A stretch of 64,000 nt of DNA from Leptogorgia sarmentosa (Eukaryota), in contig OZ210886.1 in NCBI GenBank assembly GCA_964658305.1, forward strand, positions 620,001 to 684,000, written 5' to 3'. This document shows, piece after piece, positions 24,621-35,100 of the stretch (positions within the stretch are counted from its first letter, which is position 1; the number at the start of each line of letters is the position of its first letter). Made by a program: the position numbers and the translations under genes. The notes under the pieces were generated by a model. That model was not told the DNA's origin. It did not search any database and saw nothing but the letters and a program-made list of their open reading frames with translations.

Positions 24621-24820
24621 GCAGCTGACCTCAAGTCAAGTGTAGCGGGGGTCAGCTGCCCATTTCTTGACCTTTATCATTAAGATAATTTTAGCGTCGG
24701 TTTCACTCAAAAATACCTGGCAAGAGCTACTATATCACATGATATAAAAGCAAACAATTTTCTACTCAAGTCCAATACTTGCCGACTAGCCGCGTTTGAA
24801 GGAGCATCTTAAGATTGAAG
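24621..24820 (+). promoter_or_regulatory. Putative promoter and non-coding first exon of the neuropeptide-like gene
   Basis: Inverted GCAGCTGACC/GGTCAGCTGC (24621-24659), TATAAAAG at ~24743, a donor GAAG|GTAGGT at 24820/24821 and an acceptor CCTGTAG| at 25584, 13 nt before the ATG. Confidence 0.5.
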
Positions 24821-25597
24821 GTAGGTTAATGACTAGACTATGTTTTGCTGTACATAACTGTACTACTTTCAAATGTTCATGCTTTGTCAAACTTTGTAAC
24901 ATTCTTCTATGTCATGACGTGTCAAGATGTTTCTTAAAAGTTTTAAAAGATTTTTAGAGATTAGGTAAATTTACAAAAAGATAAGTATTTTTTCAAATGT
25001 TTTCCCACTCATTAAATACAACAGTATAGAAACCAAGAAACCTAACATGAGGCATATAAACATAGCAAATAACACAGATGCCGTTTAGAGAAGGATAACA
25101 GGAAGGTAACAAAGAAAGGATAAAAGATTTAATGAAAATCTCTTGTCTAATAAGGCTCTTACGACAAATCATTGAGCTCTTCCCATTATTTCTCACGTTG
25201 TTCATTGCTTAAACTAAATATTATTAACAAGCCACATATTTTGGCTTTTGAAAGCGGTTAGTTAAAATAAGGATAATGAATCATATAAAACCGACGTTTT
25301 CGTGAAAAAAATTTTTTAATGTTCGTTCTTCCTTGGGTGTAACGGGAAACACGTCTGTCTGTTGCAGACATTGGATTATAAGAGATAAAAATGTTTCGCT
25401 GTTCCGAAGGTTTAAGGTAGTAAAATAATTTCCAAAGACATTCACGATCCGACGGTTTGGTGTCTTCTTCATCAGGAATGAGATCGAAGACACCAGAATA
25501 TCGAATGCAATTACCTTTATTAAAGTTACACTCAGTTGAACGAAAATAGCAATTCAAAAAGAAAATTTTTGTTTGTTCCTGTAGTCAACGAAGCAAA

Positions 25598-25867
25598 ATG
25601 AATCCAACTACATTGAAATTATTGTTCGTATTGGGAATAGTGTCGTGTATAATCCTCGATGTGAATGCGCGGGCTGTTGAACAGCCTTGGGAAAGCGATG
25701 ACGCATTTAATGATTATGATGATGGATACGAACGTGAAGTTCGTCAGCCTCTTAAATATGGCAAGAGAAGAACATTCGACACATTTTCTGATACAAGAAA
25801 CTACGCCTCAAAGAAAGGACCCTTCAACCCACCTCCGTATTATCCATATAAAGGAAGCGGAAAATAG
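25598..25867 (+). CDS. Secreted prepropeptide, candidate neuropeptide precursor (89 aa)
   Basis: Hydrophobic signal peptide ending VNA, acidic spacer (ESDDAFNDYDDGYE), R-QPLKY-G-KR amidation and cleavage cassette, and KK-GPFNPPPYYPYKGS-G-K*. Kozak-like AAAATG, an upstream splice acceptor and AATAAA at ~26028. Confidence 0.78.
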   Translation: MNPTTLKLLFVLGIVSCIILDVNARAVEQPWESDDAFNDYDDGYEREVRQPLKYGKRRTFDTFSDTRNYASKKGPFNPPPYYPYKGSGK

Positions 25868-26482
25868 AGAAAACAACTTGGAATTTTGGTGAGTTTTTAC
25901 CATAAATTATGAATGAAGTTGCTTCAGATTTGGAAACAATTGTTAACTATTCCGCGAATTCTGAGTTTGTTTCATTTTTAATTCATTGAAACACTGGAAG
26001 ATTTTACTCCGTATACATCTGCAAAATAATAAAATTACATTGTTATGTATAGTAGGATTGCTTTTGATTTTTTCAACGTTTTTGATAAAATGAACGCACC
26101 ATTTAGTTTAGGAGAACTAAATAAAAGAAAAGCGTGCAGTTACACAATTACAATTCACTTCACTTTAGCTGTATGAGTATATACTTGAGATTAATACTGT
26201 TTCAATAGATCCGGCAGTGTTGCGGCGTATGATAGAAAGCAGGTGGCCAATATCTCTATATCTTGTATGTTGGACCGCGTCTTAATAAAGAGACTATATA
26301 TGTGTACATTTCTTATCGTTTTCGTGTAATTGGCAAGTCAGGTGCCATTACAGTCATGACAATCGCTTCTTCTTTAAATAGTGCAATATATTATAATCTG
26401 TATATTCTTTTTATTTGTGCATTTAATGTTGATATTTGAGTCGTCCTTTTGAATCTTGTCTTTTGAATTAGAAAGTTTTTCT

Positions 26483-26568
26483 AGTTATTCAAGTGTTAAT
26501 TTTGTGAGAGATCCACTGACTCACAAGTTATTCAAGTGTTAATTTTGTGAGAGATCCACTGACTCACA
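26483..26568. repeat. Perfect 43-bp tandem duplication
   Basis: AGTTATTCAAGTGTTAATTTTGTGAGAGATCCACTGACTCACA occurs twice in tandem. Confidence 0.85.
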
Positions 26569-28062
26569 AAAGTTACTTTCAGGGACTGGGTTGTTTAGGT
26601 TGATTATAGGCAGAGGGGCATGTAGGAGACGATATGGAAAATTGTGGCACATCTGTTTGGAGCATTTCCAATTAATTTGATAGCGACTTTTCAAAGAATA
26701 AACGTTTGTGTACTGTATTTCCATTCCTTCCAGTAATACCCTGTTGATTCTAGACTTTGGTTCCTGTATTATTCAGCAGCTTCCTCAACGTCTCGAGATT
26801 ATCACTGTAGATTATTTCTCGCATTCTTTTTTGTGGTTCATTAATTTACTTCATTCAAAACCCGGGGTATACTTATTTGTACGTTTTAATCAACCATTTT
26901 GACAGAAACATTTGTTTACTTTGGAAACAAGGCAACGCTCTACTCAGTGTTCCGAGATAACCTCAAATAATTTTGTTTGACGAAGTAATAAAGGCAATGA
27001 AAACTATACTAATTTGTGGTATATTACGTTGTGCGCCTAATACATCACGTATTCTCAAATTTGTGCATAATTAAAATACAGCGCCAATCTGATCAAAAAG
27101 AGGGCAGTTAATGAGGATGTGGTTTACCTATCAGCAAGAGTTGGGAGCATGAAGATAATACGTGACCCTGAATGTGGACTGAAATGAGGAATGGTTTATA
27201 GGAAAGACCCTCAACTCTGGGTTAACTTCTGTGAATTTAGAAATCTTGTCAGGATGAAACATAGTAAACCCTTAACCTAGCTTTCAACAACCGGCCACAG
27301 GAGGATTTTTAATTTGCAATGAAAATTCAACTCGTTTTAAATTTTGTTTTTAGGATGATGTATCTACGACCGAAAAAAACATTATTTTCTGCGTAACTTG
27401 TTAACAGAGCTGGTTTTCACATCATGGTTTAGCTAGAATATAGATACAAAACTGTAAGAAAATATTTAAAGAATAAAACTATATTAATACCTTATTGGTT
27501 TTGTTACATTATTGCATAAATATAAATCGACTAAATCGACTAAGACTCCTCATCTAAATAGCTGGGAACCCTCCTCCCTGGGGAGGGATAGTTGACTACG
27601 CAATATGTAATGGAGGTAGCAGGAGGTGGTAAGGTAGAATTTTCTTATTGTCTCCAAATAAATTCTACACTGCGAACAAAAGGGGACAATTTTTGGCTGG
27701 TTTGGAAATTATTTCTGATTTGAAAGCACCCTGGAGCTTTTCAAATATGGCCGGATACAGATACAGTACGTACTCTGTAATTTACACACAGTATAACCAA
27801 GCACAGAATAGTCTGAATCATATAGTGTTTTAATACTCCATGTCTAATTTTTGAGACAATATGGTACTAATTTAAATATTGTTCCTTGCACCTTTGGTTT
27901 GTTTGCATACTAATGCATTATTATAATCATGTGAGACGTGTATTCGTTTCATCCATTCTAAATCAATGTTATGTATCATACTCCATGTTGTTGTTTTTTG
28001 CGCTAAGGCTTGCTATTACTGTTTCTATTGATATATACTGTTCATTTCAAACACCGTCTCAA

Positions 28063-31032
28063 TCACGATTGTTTTTTGCACTGCTTTTTCAACGCCAGTA
28101 AGTCGTTCATAAGATTTCTTTTCAGGATCGCACAGGCTGATATCACACCTCCATACAGACCTCCAGAGAAACCACAAACAAAAATATCTTGACCAGTAAG
28201 GTAGAGACCCTTGATAGATGTATCCGCTCGTAAATTGAAAATACTTTGAGGCGAGAACCTTTCAACATTATGGTCAGCACCATAGAACTCACCACGCGAG
28301 GCTGCGATGTAATACTGGTTTGACAGCGGACTACCCACATCGAAATACTCCGCCTTGTCTTTAAGGTTGGGATAAAATCGACACACCTGCTGCCACATTC
28401 GCTTGCCCAGACGTTGTTTGATATTCTCGTAGTCTTCACCACGGTGCATGACCTTCTCATCTTTCCATTTCTCAAACCATTCATAAGAAGCCAGGCTGAC
28501 AATTTCCAACGTGGACTTTCCAGGAAATCTCTCATCCCATGTTGGGTCCTTTGTTGAAGGAAATGAAAGAAACAACAACGGGATATCTTCTTCCCCAACG
28601 TTTTCTACCGGCATAGTACGATATTCTTCATAGGACTGATCAAGTTCGTTGTTTGAAAAGATCCATTTATTTCTGCGTTTGACAACACCCAGTTCGTCAT
28701 TGGACACATTGAGACCAACGTAGACACTTATTCCGCCGCAGCCGTGACGAACAGAAGACAGCATGGTTGCTTTTTCTTCAGTTTCACGCGGAAGTAACTT
28801 TTCAAACGTGTTATACACACCAGCGCCAGACACCACTTGTGGTGCAAAGATATCAACGTCACCACTACTTTTAGCCACACGAACACCTGAAAATCATTTT
28901 GCGCATTGAATAAAATAATAACAAAAAAACATTGAATAAATTTGGTTTTAGTAAGGTCTCCGTTTGTCTTATACACCTCAGCTCTCGTAGATAATGAGGA
29001 ACTTCAACAACCTATATATAGTTATCATGATTTAATTTTTATACCTCGAACTTTTCGATTTTCTTCATCCACCAATATTTCCTTAACTGGAGCTCGTACC
29101 AACACACTCCCCCCGGTTTTCTCAATAACTGGAATAAATCTCATTGCTATCTCACTGGCACCTCCAACGGGATAATATCCTCCTCTCATGAAATGATTTA
29201 CAAGGGTTGCATGTAAAGCAAAACTGGCATCTTTGGGTGCAGTTCCTAAGGTGAGTTAAAAAAAAGCTATTACAATACGAGTTTTCAGTTGCGAATACGA
29301 GCTGTCAAAATCAGTGCTTGTTCAAGCTCTTTTGGTTATGCATAGTAGACGTGTATCACTCATGTTGCATGTTTTCAATTTCTTTCAGGCTCTACCACAA
29401 TCGTAATGGTTTCAAAACTTGTTGTACTGGTATGTGTTCAATGAGAGATCAACTAATAAAAGCAAACTTATGTCTGTCTAGGGCAGGTATATTGGCGATT
29501 TCTTTTTCATTGTCTAAGTAATAACACACTTTTTATCTATTCCAGATCAATTGAGGGTTAATATGGAAATTTTAATTGTTGTGGAAATTAAATTTTTAGT
29601 CCCAAGCTCATGTTTTAGCCCCCAGATGCAGTTACAGCAGCTGGATTAAACAGGCACAGGAGAACCTTGGACATCCCTCCTTCGAGAAAACACGATTTAA
29701 TACCTACCATAATCACCGAAACAGTACGAGAGAACTGCACGTAGATCTTTGTTATCTGTTAATTCTTCCATAACGTCAGCCAAAGTGCGTTGGGAATATT
29801 TGAAAAAATCCGTCATCCAATGAATGATACCAGTTGATATAAGAAACTGACACAACATTTTTGGCATCATTTTCAACAGAAATTGCCCAAGCACAGTTTT
29901 TCTACATTTCTATATAAAGGAAATGCAATATTATTTAATATATATACAGGACTCCAAATTACAAATTGGATTTGTTTGGACTACATGTTGAAATGTGTTG
30001 TGCAACTACATGTACTCTCAGCTGTATATTTGCATTACTCTTACAATTTCTCCTATGTAAATGAAATGCTTAGTTTTCATAAAGTAGTCACCTGTAGCAA
30101 TTCAAAGTATCTGTCAATTGCTTCCTTTTCATCAGGAAATTTCTCTTTCAAGGCATTCTTAAATTCCTCTCTGCCACTCATGATGGGAAATGTTTTGGCA
30201 TCCTGAGGTGATGAACCAATAACAACTTCATCATAGGTAGAGTCAAGTGGAGCCCATTGAAGCTGGCCATCTGTCAACTGATCAATCAGAAACTTTGAAA
30301 GACTATTGCCAGCCATTTCACCAACATAGTGGATACCAGTGTCAAACTCGAATCCTTTCAATTTAAAAAATCAGCACTTACTTAAAGATAACACTGACTG
30401 AGGAATAACCTTGTTACTGCCGAAACTAGACCCTAGGGGCCTGAAGGTCTTGTAAACAGTGCCAGGCGCTAGAATAGCACTGCATTAAGCTCGCTTGTTT
30501 GATTTTTCCATCAGAAAGGTCAAAGTCTGATGACAAGCATGTTAGATAAAAACTATGCCTGATGTATAAGATGATCAAGAATCACACCCAATAGGAATTA
30601 GGATGATTGAAAGGATCTCAAGAAATAACAAATACCTTTTTCATAGAACGTATGACAACATCCTCCTGCCTGATCATGTTGCTCAAGTACCAGGACTTTT
30701 TTTCCTGCTTTGGCTAACAATGCAGCACAACTCAGACTACCAATCCCACTACCAATAACAATCACATCCAAATTTTCTGGCACCTTCTTTGCCACGAAAC
30801 CATTCTTTAAAACTTTATCTCTAGCTTTCAAATCTTTTTCCACTGGTTCAGGAGGTCGACGTGTGTCTTGCGCAAACGGATTTGGACCTTTTTTGGAAGT
30901 GAATTTCTTTACAGCAAACCAGATAAGTAAAGGTACTAAACCAGCCACAACTGTTAGTGAAATATAATTGATTTCACCATTTACGCGAAATAAGTTCAGG
31001 ACTAAAGAGACGACCTTTAAAATGATGGACAT
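28063..31032 (-). CDS. RETSAT: All-trans-retinol 13,14-reductase (retinol saturase family), 5 exons
   Basis: N-terminal membrane anchor, then [14 protein letters not shown]...[100 protein letters not shown] and GLYLTGQD. Exons ~30636-31032, 30092-30354, 29708-29903, 29045-29245 and 28063-28886. Confidence 0.95.
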
Positions 31033-31342
31033 CTTGCAGTTTAAATATCTGCCTGATCAGGCTGGTGCAGCAAAGAACAGTGCCCAACTTGTTAGGAGTT
31101 ACGTCAGTGTTACCCAATGGTGTTACCACAGGTGTTACGTCAGTGTGTAACATGAGAAGGATATTGCGAAACATACCAATGTTGCGCAAAACACGAAATT
31201 GAAACGCTTGCTCATTGAATAGTTCCACCCTCCCGGAAAGTAATATAAACTATTGAAATATAAATGTATGTTATCTTCTTTCCCGGGGGTGAATTCTGAA
31301 AGAGAGAAGAGACATCAAACGAACGAACGAACTTGTTTCAGA
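31033..31342. promoter_or_regulatory. Bidirectional promoter region between RETSAT and TOMM7
   Basis: Head-to-head ATGs are 310 bp apart. GTTACGTCAGTGT (CRE-like) occurs at 31098-31110 and 31134-31146, and C/EBP-like TTGCGAAA and TTGCGCAA at ~31164-31189. Confidence 0.55.
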
Positions 31343-31767
31343 ATGGTTTATAGCTTGAATAAAGAGACGAAAAAAAGAATTAAAGATGTTATGGCAACAG
31401 CAAGAACCTCTTTTTACTATGGATTTATTCCTGTCATAATATATTTAGGTACATGTTAATAAAAATACATGTTGGACCAATTAGCACGTGCTTTTATAAA
31501 CTTTAATGACTTTTGCAAGAACTGGAAAAATCAAAATCACAACATTTTAACAGCCCAGGCTTCAGCTGTTAGGCATTGTTTGGGGTCTGAATGATATTGT
31601 TTTATATTCTGTAATTATTTAGGTCTCAAGAAAGGTGCTGATCCAGGCATGCCAGAACCAACAATATTAAGGTACATATGATATATTATATAGTACTTTG
31701 CTACTATAGATGTACCAGTATCTTATAGTATCTAACCTTTTTTCACTTTAGTTTACTCTGGGCATGA
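31343..31767 (+). CDS. TOMM7: Mitochondrial import receptor subunit TOM7, 3 exons
   Basis: Exons 31343-31448, 31623-31671 and 31752-31767 translate to MVYSLNKETKKRIKDVMATARTSFYYGFIPVIIYLGLKKGADPGMPEPTILSLLWA*. Confidence 0.96.
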
Positions 31768-32153
31768 TCGGTGGATAATGCAGTGACATATTTTGAAGTA
31801 AAGTTCTGTATTTCTAAAGCTGTTGGTTCTGAAGTGACACTAACAAGAATCTTTGACTATCAAATACTTAAAACATATACATTATTGTACAATGTACATT
31901 ATTTAAGATATTAAATCTGTCCAATCACATGTAAAACAATTGTGATCTTCAAAAGACCAGTTGGAGGGGGGGGTGAAGGGGGAGGACCACTGAAGATTAG
32001 GACTGAGGATCCCACCTGAATAACCTGCGAACAGGCGATTTTCCATAAATGAATCCATGTTCCAAAATCCAAAATAAATTCGAAACAAAGTTGGATGTGC
32101 GAAATGTGAAATAAAAAGATGCAAAGAAAGTTTGTAAAACATAGATAAAAACA

Positions 32154-35100
32154 ATGAGCAAATATCCATCAGGGGAAGGCAAAGCAAAGTCGAAAAAACC
32201 GTTTATAGGACGAAATAGATCACCAAAGCAGGTAACTGAGGAAGGGCCAGGCAGTCAGTATGGTGTGTATATGAATGATAATATACCCGATGCTTGTCGA
32301 AAGAAGTTAAATGAACTATTTTTACAAATTGAAAAAGAATTTGAGAAAATCTGTGTGGAAAACCAATCACGTAAGTGTTAACTGAGAATGAGATTATTGT
32401 TATTTTTTGTATTATTTGTTTTAAACTATTAATTAATAGCAATATAAATTGGAGTAGTAGACAGTATGTCCAAATATTGTTATTAAATGTTGTAGTACTC
32501 ACAGACATCAATGTTATATTTTGCCGCACAAATTTGTGGCAATAAGAACAGTAAAACAACAATAATTCGTATTCTTTTGCCAAAAAATTGTTTCAATTAT
32601 TGCAACAGTGATGAAGTTGTACAAGTTGTACATATGTTAATTGTCATCATGGTCATGTTACGAATACATGGTCAGAATGTTTTTGCTCCTGAAAGATTTT
32701 TTGACCTTCTGTTTTCTCTCAATTTTTCCAGTTCAAGAAAAAGTTGACCTGCTGACTGAGAAACTTGAAAGTACAGGAAATGTTGACACTTCTGAGAAAC
32801 AAGGAGAAATGGGTGGTAGTGAAGGGACCACAGGAGCAGCAAAGACAAGTGTCAATAAAAAGACATGTATGTTAATTGGTGCCATACTTCAATTCAGTCT
32901 TGAGATGGGACAGAATATTTATTTAGCAAACGGATGATGCCTTTTATGAAGTCATTTTTGGTAACCTTTAAAGCTGAAAATACCGGCAATGTTATCTCAG
33001 TACACAGAAAAGGACTGGGACTAGCTGTCAAATAGAAATCCATTTTTCGATTGAAACAACTGAATATCTCCCATACTATACTTTATTCCAATTCCATATT
33101 TTTGTTAGAGCTATACATAATTACAAAATTTCAACTAGTTTCATACAGAATAATGAAAGATATAATGGAGCAAAATGGATTCCTATTCGGACAATAGAAT
33201 TTGGTCTATTTGGGATTCTATTTCTATCAGGATTATATATATATATAGTAATGTTATGTATGCATTGCATATAACATTACCAAATCATGGTAATGGGGTG
33301 ATATTTCTACACAGAATAACCCCTGGGGGGTGTTCCTGATGGCAGAAAAAAATTTGCAAAATAATATTGATTTTTGTTGAAAATTAACTTTAGCTGCCGG
33401 GAAACTGATGTCCAGAAAATTAAAGACTACATACAAGGCTTCAACTAACAAGGTAACAATTAAAATATCGGTTAAATTGATTAAATATTGAAAAATGGCA
33501 AACAGACAGCTTTTTGTTGTTGTAGTTTGTGTCAAGTTTCAAAACTCCTGGCCAGACTCAAAGTATGGAATGTCACTATTTTCAAACCTATGGGGGACAT
33601 AAAGATGGTGTTTGGGAAGTGAGCACATCAAAAAACATTTCAACTGTGTTAGGAACTGCATCAGCTGGTATGTTGATTTATATTAATCAATTAATCAGTT
33701 ATGGACCAAATGTCTTTTACCATATACTGTTACCACAACTTTAAAAATGACTGCCATGTAATTTTTAGGTTGCTTCACATTATTGACCAGTTAAAATTTT
33801 TCTACCAGCTTTTTTCTGTACTCATGTTGAAATATCTTCATTGTTCAGACCATTTTGCCAGATTGTGGTGCATTGATTCTGGACAGTGTAATATGAAATA
33901 TGCTGGACATCTTGGCTCTGGTATGTACTTTCAATTTATGTATTTCATTGGAATCATTTTCTCTCACAGTTTTGTTCATTGAGTTGAATCTCCATTTTAA
34001 ATAATATCACAAATAATAATTAGTTGATTTCTCCATCTTTTTAAATAGTAAATTCCATCAAATTTCACCCAAATGAACCTATTGTTTGTACTGGTAAGTA
34101 ATACGACATGGGTTTAGTTGTAATGTCAGTGAAACCCTCTGAAACCAATTGTGAGATTAGGAATATTTAGGGGAACAAAAATTAGTTGTAATAGAGAGTT
34201 ACGCTAAGTACTGTAGTAGTCCACGCATTTGAAGTTTAAAGTGATATTCTGACTAAATAGGTTTTCTTTGTTCAGGTTCTGGTGATGAGTCTGGTCATAT
34301 TTGGAGATTACCATCCTCAATCATTGAACAATTTGCTAAAAGCAAAGGATCGCCATGTGGCAGTTCTCCTGATGTAAGTTCTTCATTTTACTGACTGATA
34401 CTATAGAGCTATACTATAGCTTAGTGAGCAAGAATCAATAATTCAGCATTGCACGCATATAAAGCTTGTACTGTACTGTAACAAACGTAACAGTCATTAA
34501 GTCAAGGTTAATCCTGAATGGAAAACAGCGCTAGCACGTCATCTTTTACAAGTAAATTCATGAGTGTTTTCTTTGGTCATCAGGATTACATTTTGTAATT
34601 CATTTTGAATGCGTGTTTAGTGGTCGCATGATGAAAATGACGGAACTGATGAAGAACTGGAAGAAGGTAAGTTTCGCACAAAGAGAGGGGGACCTCCGTG
34701 GACGCGAATAGCTTCAATTGACCATGTAGCAAAAAAGATGGTGGTTAATACTGTATTCATATATTTTTCTGGAGGCTGCGATTCAGCTGATGGACATCGT
34801 TCTTTCGTTCTCAAAACTCCTGGTACTATCTTGAAAGCACACACAGGTAACACAACTATTATTATGTAAATCTACTTTGCACGTTGATGGTACGTATGGG
34901 CGTATGCATGGATCTTTAATTAGTAAGCTGTTTTAAAGTGTGAAAAATAGAAAAATTTGAAAAAACTATTATCAGGTAGATATTATAACACGTGTTTACC
35001 AGAACCAAAACATGTTTGTGCAAAATTCACAAATCCTTACCATCATTTGAATTAACAACCGCCTCCAATAGTTCGAATGCTGAAGTACGCGCATTTAACA

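Noticed and set aside
25258..25557. Minus-strand ORFs of 99 and 70 aa just upstream of the neuropeptide-like CDS
   Set aside because: No homology or motif. They lie antisense within the predicted 5' UTR intron.
743..25867. GPCR and neuropeptide precursor as a linked ligand-receptor pair
   Set aside because: They are 24 kb apart with unrelated genes between them, and animal ligand-receptor pairs are rarely linked. There is no sequence support.
28143..28598. 151-aa alternative-frame ORF within RETSAT
   Set aside because: It is a shadow frame of a real coding exon with no independent signal.
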